The translations under genes were made by a program, and so were the position numbers. 64,000 nt of DNA from an uncultured Actinomycetes bacterium (lineage in GTDB: Bacteria > Actinomycetota > UBA4738 > HRBIN12), in assembly GCA_963799625.1 (NCBI GenBank), contig CAWCXU010000013.1, forward strand, positions 475,709 to 539,708, given 5' to 3'. Below are positions 44,619-56,773 of this stretch, one piece after another. The stretch's first letter is position 1. Each line of letters starts with the position of its first letter. Below the pieces are notes generated by a model. The model searched no databases. It was not told the DNA's origin and saw nothing but the letters and a program-made list of their open reading frames with translations.

Positions 44619-46895
44619 CTAGGCCGAGGTGGTGGTGGCCTTCGCCCGCTCGACGTCGCCCTCGAGCCCCGACTCGCGGCTCTTCGACACCCAGATCATC
44701 GCGCCGAGCACGACCGAGCCGACGATCACGATCCCAGCGCGCAGCGCCGTGTCGTCGATGTGGGTGACCACGAGCGGCGCGATCAGCAGCGCGACCAGGT
44801 TCATCACCTTGATCAGCGGGTTGAGCGCCGGACCGGCCGTGTCCTTGAACGGGTCGCCGACCGTGTCGCCGATCACGGCGGCCTTGTGGCTCTCCGAACC
44901 CTTCCCGCCGTAGTGGCCCTCCTCGATGAACTTCTTGCCGTTGTCCCAGGCGCCGCCGGCGTTGGACAGCATCACCGCGAGCAGCTGTCCCGTGAGGATC
45001 GCGCCGGCCAGGAACGCGCCCAGCGCCTCGGGCCCGAGGAAGAAGCCCGCGATGAGCGGGGCGAGCACGGCGAGCAGCCCCGGCGTCATCAACTCCCGCA
45101 ACGACGTGCGCGTGCAGATGTCGACGACCGCGCCGTAGTCCGGCTTCTCGGTGTAGTCCATGATCCCCGGGTGCTCGCGGAACTGGTTCCGCACTTCGAC
45201 CACGACCTGCGCCGCCGCCCGACCGACCGCGCGGATCGCGAGCGAGCTGAACAGGAAGGCGACGCACCCGCCGATCAGGAGCCCGACCAGCACGTTCGGT
45301 TGATCGACCCGGATCGGGAACTCGCCGTTGATCGCGAGCGACGCGTCGGCCTTGATCACCGCTTCGGCGAACGAGCCGAACAGCGCCGTCGCCGCGATCA
45401 CCGCGGTGGCGATCGCCACGCCCTTCGTGATCGCCTTCGTCGAGTTCCCGATCGCGTCGAGGCCGCCGAGGACCTCGGCCGGCCGGCCCTCGAACTCGCC
45501 CGACATCTCCGCGATGCCCTGCGCGTTGTCCGAGATCGGGCCGAAGGTGTCCATCGAGACGATCACCCCGACGGTCGTGAGCATCCCCATGCCGGTGAGC
45601 GAGATGAAGTACAACGACTCCCGCGTCGTGTCACCGAGGAAGTACGACCCGATCATCGCGGCGCCGACCACGAGGGCCGACCAGACGGTCGACTCGAGGC
45701 CGATCGAGAACCCCGACAGGATCGTGGTCGCCGGCCCGGTCACGGTGGAGGCCGCGATCTCCTGCACCGGCTTGTACTTCGTGTCGGTGAAGTACTGCGT
45801 CATCTTCTGGATCACCGAGGCGAGCACCAGGCCGATCAACACGGCGACGCCCGGCTTGTACGTGTCCATGTAGACCCCGGAGATCACCAACGCGGCCGCC
45901 GCGGAGATCGCCGCCGAGACGAAGAACCCACGGTTGATCGCGCGCATGCCGTGCTCCTCCTCGGAGCGCGGGGCGACCGCGACGATCCCGATCATCGACG
46001 TCACGACGCCGACCGCGCGCACGAACAGCGGGAACATGACGCCGATGATCGCGCCCTTCGGCGAGCCGGCGAACGCGGCCGCGCCGAGGATCAGCGACGC
46101 GATCAGCGTGATCTCGGAGGACTCGAACAGGTCGGCCGCCATGCCGGCGCAGTCCCCGACGTTGTCGCCCACGTTGTCGGCGATCGTCGCGGCGTTGCGC
46201 GGGTCGTCCTCGGGGATCCCCTGCTCCACCTTGCCGACGAGGTCGGCGCCGACGTCGGCCGCCTTCGTGAAGATGCCGCCGCCGACCCGCATGAACATCG
46301 CGAGCAGGGCGCCGCCGAACCCGAAACCGACCAGCACGGCCGTCGCGTCGCCTTGGTAGATGATCAAGATCGCCACGGCGCCGAGCAGCCCGAGCCCGAC
46401 CGTGAACATCCCGGCGACGCCCCCGGCGCGGAACGCGATCCGCATGGCCTTGCGCAGCCCGCCCTCCCGCGCGGCGTTCGCGGTGCGCACGTTGGCGCGC
46501 ACGGCGAGCCACATCCCGACGTACCCGGTGAGCGCCGAGAAGCTCGCCCCCAGGATGAACGCGATCGAGCGCCCGAACTTGATCGAGAACGCGGAATGCT
46601 CGGCGTTGGCCGGTGCCGGCAGCACGAAGAACAGTGCGACGGCGAGCACGGCGAGGAACACGGCGACCGTGCGGAACTGGCGCGACAGGTAAGCCTTCGC
46701 GCCCTCCTGGATCGCCAGGGCGATCTCGCGCATCTTGGGGGTGCCCTCGGGGGCCGACAGGACCTCCCGCACCAGGTACCACGCGAAGAGCAAGGCGACG
46801 ATCGAGATCCCGAGGATGACCCACAACGCGGTCTTCTCGGAGCTGCCGAACACGGCCTCGATCGTCCCGCCCTCCTGGGCAAGCCAACCGACCAT
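44619..46895 (-). CDS. hppA: Membrane-bound proton-translocating pyrophosphatase (H+-PPase)
   Basis: GGKGSESHKAAVIGDTVGDPFKDTAGPALNPLIKVMNLVALLIAPL, DNVGDNVGDCAGMAADLFES, EKTALWVILGISIVALLFAWYL. ATG at MVGWLAQEG (46895). Confidence 0.9.
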   Translation of the reverse strand: MVGWLAQEGGTIEAVFGSSEKTALWVILGISIVALLFAWYLVREVLSAPEGTPKMREIALAIQEGAKAYLSRQFRTVAVFLAVLAVALFFVLPAPANAEHSAFSIKFGRSIAFILGASFSALTGYVGMWLAVRANVRTANAAREGGLRKAMRIAFRAGGVAGMFTVGLGLLGAVAILIIYQGDATAVLVGFGFGGALLAMFMRVGGGIFTKAADVGADLVGKVEQGIPEDDPRNAATIADNVGDNVGDCAGMAADLFESSEITLIASLILGAAAFAGSPKGAIIGVMFPLFVRAVGVVTSMIGIVAVAPRSEEEHGMRAINRGFFVSAAISAAAALVISGVYMDTYKPGVAVLIGLVLASVIQKMTQYFTDTKYKPVQEIAASTVTGPATTILSGFSIGLESTVWSALVVGAAMIGSYFLGDTTRESLYFISLTGMGMLTTVGVIVSMDTFGPISDNAQGIAEMSGEFEGRPAEVLGGLDAIGNSTKAITKGVAIATAVIAATALFGSFAEAVIKADASLAINGEFPIRVDQPNVLVGLLIGGCVAFLFSSLAIRAVGRAAAQVVVEVRNQFREHPGIMDYTEKPDYGAVVDICTRTSLRELMTPGLLAVLAPLIAGFFLGPEALGAFLAGAILTGQLLAVMLSNAGGAWDNGKKFIEEGHYGGKGSESHKAAVIGDTVGDPFKDTAGPALNPLIKVMNLVALLIAPLVVTHIDDTALRAGIVIVGSVVLGAMIWVSKSRESGLEGDVERAKATTTSA

Positions 46896-47032
46896 CGAAC
46901 CTCCCACAGGGATACGAGCTCCCCGGGCTTTGAGCCGCGGGGTCAAGGACCGGAGAAGGATACCGGACCTCGTGGTACGTGACCTGCGGAAGAAGGTCTC
47001 CCGGGGGCCCGGCTGCCGCTACGATGCAGCGC

Positions 47033-47407
47033 ATGCGGACGGTCCTGGCGGTCGCGCTCGCCGGCGCTCTGGGGGCGCTCGCACGCTGGGGCATCGGCTC
47101 GTGGTTCGGCCACCGCTTCCCGTCGTTCCCGTGGGGCACCCTCGTCATCAACGTGAGCGGCTCGTTCATCCTCGGCGTGCTGTTCGCGGTGCTCGTCCAA
47201 CGGAACGCCGGCTCACCCACGATGCGCGTCGCGCTGATGACCGGGCTTCTGGGCGCCTACACGACGTTCTCGACGTTCTCGCTCGAGACGTTCCGGCTCT
47301 TCGAGGACGGCGCGACCGGCTCGGCGCTCGCGAACATCGGGCTCAGCGTGTGCTTGGGGTTGCTCGGCGTGTGGCTCGGCATCACGGCCGGGAGGGCCTT
47401 CGCCTGA
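47033..47407 (+). CDS. crcB: Fluoride ion channel CrcB/Fluc
   Basis: MRTVLAVALAGALGALARWGIGSW...FPWGTLVINVSGSFILGVL...GLLGAYTTFSTFSLE (CrcB signature). No fluoride riboswitch recognised upstream. Confidence 0.8.
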   Translation: MRTVLAVALAGALGALARWGIGSWFGHRFPSFPWGTLVINVSGSFILGVLFAVLVQRNAGSPTMRVALMTGLLGAYTTFSTFSLETFRLFEDGATGSALANIGLSVCLGLLGVWLGITAGRAFA

Positions 47408-48783
47408 CGCCCTCGTGACGGCCGAGTAGCCGGAACGTCAACCAGCTGGCGGCGCCGGCGAGCATCGCCGCGACGATGATGCCGACCTTAGCCGCATCCA
47501 GCAGCAACGGCTGGTCGGCGAACGCCAGATCGGCGATGAACAGCGCGACCGTGAACCCGATCCCCGCGGTGACGCCGAGGCCGAGGACCGCGCCGTTGTC
47601 GACGTCGGCCGGGAGCGTGCCGGCGCGTGTGCGCACGGCGAGCCGGGTCGCCGCGACCACCCCGATCGGCTTGCCGAGCACGCGGGCCACCACGATCGCC
47701 CCGGCGACGGTGATCCCGGTGACGGTGAACAGCGACGACGGCGTCAGGTGCACGCCCGCGTTCGCCAACGCGAACAACGGCACGAACACGAACGACGTCC
47801 ACAGGAGCAGCGCGTGCTCCACCCGCGCGATCGGCGAGACGGCCTCGCGCGACAGGTCGGCGAGCTCGAGCCACAGCGGCGCGTCGGCGTCGGGCGGCTC
47901 GGGGTCATCGACCGTCGCCTCCGCGATCCGGCGTGCCTCCGCGCTCACCGCGCGCGGCCGCTGGAACGGCGCGGCCGGAGCAAGCACGCCCATCACCACC
48001 CCGGCGATGGCCGGCTCCACGCCGGCGCGCCACAGCGCGAACCACAGGAGCGCGCCGAGCCCCACGTACACGACGATGCTGCGGACGTGCGCGCGATCGG
48101 CGACGAGCACGGCGGCGACCGCCGCGGCCGCCCAGACGAGGCCCACCAGGTCGCCGCGGTGGCCGTACGCGAACGTCACCACCACGATCGCCCCGATGTC
48201 GTCGACGATCGCGAGGGTCAAGCAGCAGCGGCTTCAACCCGGTGGGCACGAACGGGGCGGCCAGCGCGAGGGCGCCCAGCGCGAGCGCGATGTCGGTCGC
48301 CATCGGGATCGCCCATCCGTGGGCGCCCGCGCCGCGCCCGGCGATCGCGACGTAGAGCAACGCCGGCACGACCATGCCGCCGACCGCCGCGATCGCCGGC
48401 AGCGCAACGGCCCGCGGGCTGCGGAGCTCCCCGCTCGTGACCTCACGCTTGATCTCCAGCCCGACCAGTAGGAAGAAGAAGGTCATCAGGCCGCTGCCGA
48501 CCCAGAACCGCAGGTCGGTGCCGATCGACAGCTGCCCGACGCGCACCACGAGCGGCGTGCGCCACAGGCGTTCGTACGCAGCCGGCCACACGTTCGCCCA
48601 CACGAGCGCGATCGCGACCGCCGCGAGCAAGACGTAGCCGGACGACGTCGAGGCGGCGAGGAACCGCTGCAGCGGTCGAACGACCGTTCGTGGGATGCGC
48701 CGTTCCGACCGGGACCACGGCGCTCGGAGGTCTGGGTGCTCGGGCACGGATAAGATCCTTCCGCCGACCAGTCTTCCCGGCAC
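47382..48783 (-). pseudogene. nhaA: Na+/H+ antiporter NhaA with a +1 frameshift near 48219. Possible pseudogene or assembly indel.
   Basis: N-terminal half (...MTFFFLLVGLEIKREVTSGELRSP...IPMATDIALALGALALAAPFVPTGLKPLLL) is in the frame of ORF 47905..48783. The C-terminal half (TLAIVDDIGAIVVVTFAY...) is in the frame of ORF 47382..48221. The junction KPLLL|TLAIVDD matches E. coli NhaA KIFLM|ALAIIDD in length, with one extra base in ctgctgctt-g-accctc. Confidence 0.75.
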
Positions 48784-48906
48784 ACCTTCGGAACCAGCGC
48801 AAGGCTACTCGTTGCCGGGTACGGCGCGCGGGATGCGCAAGCGTTACAGCTTCGTCACGAGTCGCCTACCGATTTCCCAGGGGGCGGCTGGTAGCCTCGA
48901 CCCGCT

Positions 48907-49648
48907 TTGGCCAACGAGAAGACCCCCCTGCGGGATACCGCCCCGACGACGCCCGAGCGAGTCCAGAAGAACGTGGATCGTTCGACGGTTGCTCGCCGCC
49001 GCGTGATCGCCGGCGTCGTCGTCGCGCTCGTCGTGATCGGCGGCCTGTGGTTCCTGTTCGGCCGCGGCAAGGACAGCCCCCTCGCGGACATCATCGGCTC
49101 GACGCCCGCCCGTCCCCACGTTCTCGTTCAAGACCGTCGTGCCGAAGTACGAGGCCCTCGCAACCAACCTCGACAAGAAGAAGCTCGAGAAGGCAGCGAA
49201 GCACGCCGCGCCGACGATCCAGCACGTCACCACGCAGTTCCTGCAGGCCGGTTACGTGGACCCCGACGGCTGGGGCGACGCCGGCTCGATCAACGACTTC
49301 TTCACCGACGACGCGAAACAACAGGTCGACGCCAACATCGACACCCTCACGCTCGGCAAGAACGCCTCCGACACGGTCGACACGTTCACGCCGGCGAAGA
49401 AGGGCAACGTCATCAAGGTGACGTCGCTCATCGACGGCAACCTGAACGTCATCCGCGCCAACGCCGAGTTCACGTTCAAGGGCACGACCGCCAACACCGA
49501 CGGAACCACCTCGAAGGTCACCGTCACCGGCACGCTGTTCCTCGTGCCCGACGGCAACGATTGGAAGATCGAAGCCTTCCACATCAACCGGGAAGAGAAA
49601 CCCCACAAGGCACCGGCCTCCGCGTCGGCGTCGGGAGCCACGTCATGA
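48907..49648 (+). pseudogene. Membrane-anchored hypothetical protein (N-terminal TM + secreted domain) with a 1-nt frameshift in a C4 homopolymer near 49115
   Basis: MANEKTPLRD...VVVALVVIGGLWFLFG...STPARP in the frame of ORF 48907, continuing as TFSFKTVVPKYEALATNLDKKKLEKAAKH...VTGTLFLVPDGNDWKIEAFHI in the frame of ORF 49139..49648. The two frames diverge exactly at cgtCCCCacg. Confidence 0.5.
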
Positions 49649-50589
49649 CCAAGAAACTGCTGGCGGTCGTCCTCGGGCTGTCCGCATGGATCGGCGGCAC
49701 GGTCGCCGCGACGATCGGCAACGGCACCGCCGCGCAGGCCTCGCCGCTGTTCGTGCTCCAACAGGCGCATGCCGACTACACCCCGTCGCTCGACGGCAAC
49801 ACGCCGCTCTTCATCCTGCTGTTGGGCTCGGACTCCCGGCCCGGCGTCACGCCGATGAACCGTGGGCGTTCCGACTCGATCCACATCCTCGGTATCAACC
49901 CCGCCGCGCACCGCGCGACCGTGTTCGGGATCCCGCGCGACTCCTACGTGCCCCTGTCGACCGGCGGAACCGACAAGATCAACGCGGCGATGCCGATCGG
50001 CGGCCCCGAGGCCGAGGTGCAGACGGTCGAGAACGTCACCGGCATCAAGTTCGCCTACTACGTGCTGACCGGGTTCCAACAGGTCACGCAGGCCGTGAAC
50101 CAGATCGGCGGCCTCGAGGTCAACGTGCCGTACTCGGTCGTCGGATACCAGCAGACGTTCCCGTCCGGCCTGCACCGCATGACGGGCCAGGAGGTCCTCG
50201 GCTATTCGCGCACCCGGCATTCGCTGCCGCTCGGCGACTTCGACCGCTCGCTCAACCAGGGCGTCGTGCTGACGAGCGCCCTGACCCAGTTCCGCAACGA
50301 GTACGCGAAGGATCCGACGCGGCTCTATGACTGGCTCGGCGCAGGCCTCCGCACCGTCGAGACGACGGTGCCACTCGACGAGCTGATCAAGCTCGCCGGC
50401 CTCGCCCAGTCGATCCCGGCGAGCCGCGTGACGAACCTCGTCGCCCTCGGGACCAGCGCGATGCAGGGTACGCAGAGCATCGTGAACCTTTCCCCCGAGA
50501 ACCAGGCGCTCTGGCAGGACATGAACCAGGACGGGTACATCCTCTCGAAGGACATCCCGAAGGAAGCCACGCCCGCGCCGCTCCCGTAG
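49645..50589 (+). CDS. LytR-CpsA-Psr (LCP) family cell-envelope phosphotransferase
   Basis: N-terminal TM/signal, then LFILLLGSDSRPG...RSDSIHILGINP...IPRDSYVPLSTGGTDKINAA...GLEVNVPY (LCP signature). ATG overlaps the upstream stop (ATGA). Confidence 0.8.
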   Translation: MTKKLLAVVLGLSAWIGGTVAATIGNGTAAQASPLFVLQQAHADYTPSLDGNTPLFILLLGSDSRPGVTPMNRGRSDSIHILGINPAAHRATVFGIPRDSYVPLSTGGTDKINAAMPIGGPEAEVQTVENVTGIKFAYYVLTGFQQVTQAVNQIGGLEVNVPYSVVGYQQTFPSGLHRMTGQEVLGYSRTRHSLPLGDFDRSLNQGVVLTSALTQFRNEYAKDPTRLYDWLGAGLRTVETTVPLDELIKLAGLAQSIPASRVTNLVALGTSAMQGTQSIVNLSPENQALWQDMNQDGYILSKDIPKEATPAPLP

Positions 50590-50595
50590 CTCGGA

Positions 50596-51665
50596 TCAGA
50601 GCTTCGTCAGCACGTACCCCACGTAGCCGACGTAGAACACGCCCTGGATCAGCAACAGCGGCGCGGACAGCCCGCCGCGGATCCGAAGCGTCAGGTACAT
50701 CACCGACCCGGCGAGCAGCGCGACGAGCGCGGCGACCAGCGCCTCGTGGCTCAGCTCCCACGGCGTGAACAGCAGCCCCACCGTCACCGGGAACGACGAC
50801 TGGAACACCATCGCCCCGGTCATGTTCCCCATCGCGAGGGTGTCCTTGCGCCGCCGCACCCAGAGCACGCTGTTGAACTTCTCGGGGAGCTCGGTCGCGA
50901 GCGGCGCGACGAGCAGCGAGAACGCGAGCGTCGGGATCCCGGCAGCCTTCCCGATGTCGCCGACCGAGCCGACGAAGATCTCGGCGCCGAGGACGATCAA
51001 CCCGAGCGCGAGCGCGACCTGCACGAACGGCGCCGCGGTCGGACCGTCCTTCGTCCATGCCGGCAGGCTCGACCGGAGCTTCCGCAGCCAATCCCACACG
51101 TAGAGCGCCCGGATCTCGTCGGACTCCTCGCGTCCTCCTCGCCGTCGCCCTGGAAGTGCCGGCGCACGTAGTAGACGTAGCCCACCATCAGCACGATCAC
51201 GAGGGCGTAGTCGAACGGCTTGCTGTGCAGCAGCCCGGCCACCACGGCCAGCGAGTACATCACGAGGAAGTAGCCGAGGTCCTGGCGGATCACGCGGTGG
51301 TCGATGTCGAGCTCGAGCGGGCGGCGTCCCCCGCGCGCGAAGATGAACACCGCGACCGCGACGACCACCATCGCGAGCGTCGTCAGCATGAACGGCGCGC
51401 CGAGGATCGCGCCGACCCCGATGTCCTCGCCGGCAGCGTGTCCCGACGCGATCGCGATGATCGGCAGGAGCGTCTCGGGGAGCGCCGTGCCGACCGCGGC
51501 GAGCACCGAGCCGACCGCGCCCTCCGACAGACCGAAGCCCTCGCCGACCCATTCGACGCCGTTCGTGAACAGCTCGGCGCCGGCCAAGATCACCAACAGG
51601 GAGATGACGAGCAGCACCCAGTCCATCTGGCTGGGGATGCTCCCAGGTCCTGTTAGGGTCGCCAC
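50596..51665 (-). pseudogene. CaCA-family cation/Ca2+ exchanger (YrbG/ChaA-like) with a -1 frameshift near 51130-51138
   Basis: Alpha-1 repeat GAELFTNGVEWVGEGFGLSEGAVGSVLAAVGTALPE in the frame of ORF 50997..51665. The alpha-2 half (GSVGDIGKAAGIPTLAFSLLVAPLATELPEKFNSV) is in the frame of ORF 50596..52107. The junction ...GDGEEDA|EESDEIRALY lies in a gaggag repeat. Confidence 0.7.
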
Positions 51666-51670
51666 AAGCG

Positions 51671-52996
<1,326 letters not shown>

Positions 52997-53007
52997 CCTG
53001 AGCCTCG

Positions 53008-55278
53008 ATGCAGGCACAGGCGTTCCTCGACTCGCTCACCGCCGATCCGGCCGAGGCGGACAACCTCGTCCACGTCGAGGACCTGCCGGCGCGCGATCCC
53101 AAGCCGCTGCCCTTCCCCGATGACCTTCCCGAGGTGCTGGTCTCGCGCCTGTCGCTGCTCGGCGTGGAGGGTTTGTTCGAGCACCAGCGCCAGGGGCTCG
53201 AGGTCCTGCGCTCCGGGCGCAACGTGATGCTCGCGACCGGGACGGCGAGCGGGAAGTCGCTCGTGTACCAGATCGCTGCCGCCGAGTCGGCGCTCGTGAC
53301 GCCGAAGGCGACCGCGCTGTTCCTGTTCCCGACGAAGGCGCTCGCGCGCGACCAGCTACGCGCGATCCGCGGGTTCAAGCTGCCGCAGGTCCGAGCCGCT
53401 GTGTACGACGGCGACACGCCGCAGGCCGAACGGCCGCTGATCCGGCGCAACGCGAACCTCGTCCTGACGAACCCGGACATGCTGCACCTGGCGTTGCTCG
53501 CGGACCATGCGCGCTGGGCGGACTTCATGCTGCGCCTGGCCGTCGTCGTGGTCGACGAGGCGCACGTGCTGCGCGGCGTGTTCGGGTCGCACGTCGCGAT
53601 GGTGCTGCGGCGGCTGCGACGGCTGATCGCGCTGCACGGCGGCGACCCGCGCTGGTGCCTGTCCAGTGCCACGATCGGGAACCCTGGCGAGCTCGCCGAA
53701 CGACTGACCGGGCTCGACATCGAGGTGATCGAAGCCGACGCGGCGCCGCGCGGCCGCAAGCTCTTCGCGATGTGGAACCCGCCGATCGTCGACGACGAGA
53801 CGGGCGCACGACGGAGCGCCCTCGCCGAAGCGGCGACGGTGATGACACAGCTAGTCGACGACGGCGCGCGCACGATCGGGTTCACGCGGTCGCGTCGCGC
53901 GGCCGAGCTGCTCGCGGAGTTCACACGGCGCGGGGTCTCGGACGCCCAGTCACGCGACCGGATCCGCGCCTACCGAGCGGGCTACCTGGCCGAGGACCGA
54001 CGCAAGATCGAGCAGGAGCTCGCCGACGGCGACCTCGTGGCGGTTGCCGCCACGAACGCGCTCGAGCTCGGGATCGACATCGGCTCGCTCGACGCGGCGG
54101 TGCTGACCGGCTACCCGGGGACTCGCGCCTCGATGTGGCAGCAGGCCGGGAGGGCGGGCCGCCGCAGCGACGAGTCGCTCGCCGTGCTCGTGGCGCAGGA
54201 CGACCCGCTCGACCAGTATTTGGTGCAGCACCCCGACGAGCTGTTCGAGCGGCCGTCCGAGGCCGCCGTGATCGACCCGACGAACCCGTACGTGCTCGAG
54301 CCGCACCTGCGGTGCGCAGCTCGCGAGTACCCGCTGACCGACGAGGAGGCGGCGGCGTTCTTCGGTCCGGAGGCCATCGACGCGCTCGGGCGGCTCGCCG
54401 AGCAAGAGCTGGTGAAGCACCGCAAGGAACGCTGGCATGACATCGGCGCCACCCCCCCGCACCGCGACCTCGACATCCGTGCGGGCGGTGGCCACGTCTA
54501 CCGGATCGTGCAGGAGGACACCGGTCAGGTGATCGGGACCGCCGATGAGCACCGCGCGTACGGGACCCTGCACCCGGGCGCGATCTACCTGCATCAAGGC
54601 GAACAGTTCCTGGTCAGAAGGCTCGACCACGTGCACCGGGTCGCCCTGGTCGAAGAGGCGGATCCGGATTACTACACGCAAGCCCGCGACATCACGGATA
54701 TCGTGATAGTCAACTTGATTGACCATCGGGCGCTGGGCGATGCCGAACTCTGCTTCGGTGACGTCGAGGTCACGAACCAGGTCGTCGGGTTCGTCCAGAA
54801 GCTCGTCTCGTCGAACGAGATCGTCGGCGAGCAGCAGCTCGCGCTGCCGCCGGTGACCCTGCGGACCCGCGCGGTCTGGTGGACGCTCCCCGGGCGGTTG
54901 ATCGATGCGGCCGGCGTCGGCACGAAGGAGCTCGCGGGCGGGATCCACGGCGCCGAGCACTGCGCGATCGGGTTGCTGCCCTTGGTCGCGACCTGCGACC
55001 GCTGGGATATCGGCGGCGTCTCCACGCCGCTGCACCCGGACACCGGGCTCACCACGATCTTCGTCTACGACGGGTACCCCGGCGGCGCGGGGATCGCGGA
55101 ACGCGGCTACCACGCCGCGGAGCGCTGGCTCCGAGCGACGGCCGACCGACTGCGCGACTGCCCGTGTCGCGACGGCTGCCCGTCCTGCGTGGTCTCCCCC
55201 AAATGCGGCAACGGCAACGAGCCATTGGACAAGGCCGCCGCGGAGTCGCTCACCCGAACGATGCTCGATGGGCGATGA
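53008..55278 (+). CDS. DEAD/DEAH-box helicase with C-terminal DUF1998 zinc-binding domain (MrfA/YprA-like DNA repair helicase)
   Basis: Motif I ATGTASGKS, II VVVDEAHV (DEAH), III SAT, VI QQAGRAGRR. C-terminal four-Cys cluster CPCRDGCPSCVVSPKCGNGNEPLDK. Confidence 0.85.
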   Translation: MQAQAFLDSLTADPAEADNLVHVEDLPARDPKPLPFPDDLPEVLVSRLSLLGVEGLFEHQRQGLEVLRSGRNVMLATGTASGKSLVYQIAAAESALVTPKATALFLFPTKALARDQLRAIRGFKLPQVRAAVYDGDTPQAERPLIRRNANLVLTNPDMLHLALLADHARWADFMLRLAVVVVDEAHVLRGVFGSHVAMVLRRLRRLIALHGGDPRWCLSSATIGNPGELAERLTGLDIEVIEADAAPRGRKLFAMWNPPIVDDETGARRSALAEAATVMTQLVDDGARTIGFTRSRRAAELLAEFTRRGVSDAQSRDRIRAYRAGYLAEDRRKIEQELADGDLVAVAATNALELGIDIGSLDAAVLTGYPGTRASMWQQAGRAGRRSDESLAVLVAQDDPLDQYLVQHPDELFERPSEAAVIDPTNPYVLEPHLRCAAREYPLTDEEAAAFFGPEAIDALGRLAEQELVKHRKERWHDIGATPPHRDLDIRAGGGHVYRIVQEDTGQVIGTADEHRAYGTLHPGAIYLHQGEQFLVRRLDHVHRVALVEEADPDYYTQARDITDIVIVNLIDHRALGDAELCFGDVEVTNQVVGFVQKLVSSNEIVGEQQLALPPVTLRTRAVWWTLPGRLIDAAGVGTKELAGGIHGAEHCAIGLLPLVATCDRWDIGGVSTPLHPDTGLTTIFVYDGYPGGAGIAERGYHAAERWLRATADRLRDCPCRDGCPSCVVSPKCGNGNEPLDKAAAESLTRTMLDGR

Positions 55279-55928
55279 TGCGGCCCGGATGAAGGAGCGG
55301 GCGCTCATCGTCGGCGGGTTCGGCTGCGTCGCGGCAGCCGTCGCCACCTTGGTCCTGGGCAGCGCGTCCGCCGCGATCCTCACGTTCGTCTTCCTCGCGC
55401 TCGGTGCGGGTCTCCTGCTCTTCGGTCTCGTCCGCATGCGGAAGACGGAACAGATGGAGAAGCCCGAGGGATCCGCCGCGCGTCCCGGAAGCGGTGACCG
55501 CCTCGTCTGGATCGTCGCCGCGGTCCTCGCCGGGTTCGCCGTCATCGCTGGCGCTGTCGCGGCAACGGTCGCGGTCGGCGAGGCTATCGGCCACGCGACC
55601 GCCCATCTCGTTACCGGACTCGCGTGCCTCGCGATCTACGTCGGGCTCGCCGCCCTCTGGCACCCGCAACCGGGGTCGGGCAAAGCGTCGTTACGGGGCA
55701 TGGCGCTGCTCGTCCTGGCGATCGGCGCGCTCGGGTCGTTCATCGAGTCCCTCGGCGGCGCGGGCTATGACGCCGCGAACCTCGAGCCCCGGATCCCCAC
55801 CCTCGCGTCGCTCCACGACATCGGCATCCTCTTCGCGCCGGTCGCGCTTGCTCGCCGTCCCGATCGGTCTCGCGACCATCGTCGTGATCGGCGTCGTCGG
55901 CCTCGCGCGTCGGATCAAGCCTGCGTGA
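55268..55928 (+). pseudogene. Hypothetical multi-TM membrane protein with a frameshift near its 3' end (about 55848)
   Basis: MGDDAARMKERALIVGGFGCVAAAVATLVLG... five or six hydrophobic helices. The last helix (LLAVPIGLATIVVIGVVGLARRIKPA*) is in the frame of ORF 55404..55928. Confidence 0.45.
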
Positions 55929-55933
55929 CAGCC

Positions 55934-56773
55934 TTACCCCAACGCGTACCGGCGCTCGGTCCTGCGGCGGCCGATCTCGGCGGCAACAACCATGATCACG
56001 GATGCGAGCAGGATGATCGACGACACCGCGACGAGCTCCGGCAGCTGGCTCGGCACACGGAGCTGTGTGAACAGGAACACCGGCCACGTGGGCGACGACC
56101 CCGCCAGGAACGAGGCGATCGCGTACTCGTCGAACGACAACGTCAGCGCGATCAGGAACGCCGAGATCAGCGCCGGATAGAGCAGGGGGAACGTCACACG
56201 CCAGAACGTGCCCCAGGGGCTCGCGCCCAGATCGTGCGCGGCTTCCTCCAGCGAGATGCTCAACCGTTCTAACAACGGTGTGACCACCAGGATCGTATAC
56301 GGCAGGGCCACCACTACGTGGCCGATCGTCACCGCGTGCAGACCGAGTCCGATGTAGGTCCCCATCGTCACGGTTAGCAACTTGTCGAACGCGCTGAACA
56401 ACACGAGCAACGAGATCCCGAACACCAGGTACGGGATCACCAGCGGCGCGAACACCAGCCCCGAGAAGGCTGGCTTGCCCCAGAACCCCCGACGGACCAG
56501 CGCATACGAGGCGAGTACGCCGAGCACGACGGTGATCAGGCTCGAGGCGATCGCCACGAACGCGCTCCGTTCCAGCGACGTCAGCAGCGCCGGATTCGAC
56601 GCCGCCCGCGAGTACCACTGCGTCGTGAAGTGCTGCAACGGGAAGGTCACGTCGCCGCTGTTGAACGAGAAGACCACGAGCACCACCAGCGGGAAGTAGA
56701 GGAACGCAACCAGCGCCACGAAGAACACGCGCAGGCCCCACTGCGCGCGAGGAGACGCCGCGAGCTCGCTCAT
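55934..56773 (-). CDS. ABC transporter permease (PotC-like, polyamine-type)
   Basis: MSELAASPRAQWGLRVFFVALVAFLYFPLVVLVVFSF... EAA-loop region LEEAAHDLGASPWGTFWRVTFPLL. ATG at 56773 overlaps the potB-like stop. Confidence 0.8.
   Translation of the reverse strand: MSELAASPRAQWGLRVFFVALVAFLYFPLVVLVVFSFNSGDVTFPLQHFTTQWYSRAASNPALLTSLERSAFVAIASSLITVVLGVLASYALVRRGFWGKPAFSGLVFAPLVIPYLVFGISLLVLFSAFDKLLTVTMGTYIGLGLHAVTIGHVVVALPYTILVVTPLLERLSISLEEAAHDLGASPWGTFWRVTFPLLYPALISAFLIALTLSFDEYAIASFLAGSSPTWPVFLFTQLRVPSQLPELVAVSSIILLASVIMVVAAEIGRRRTERRYALG

Noticed and set aside
46896-47032. Possible fluoride riboswitch (crcB RNA motif) upstream of crcB
   Set aside because: crcB genes are often preceded by this riboswitch. 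The 130-nt upstream region lacks the conserved GGCGAUGG...CUGAUGA core elements, so there is no support by eye. A covariance-model search (Rfam RF01734) would be decisive.
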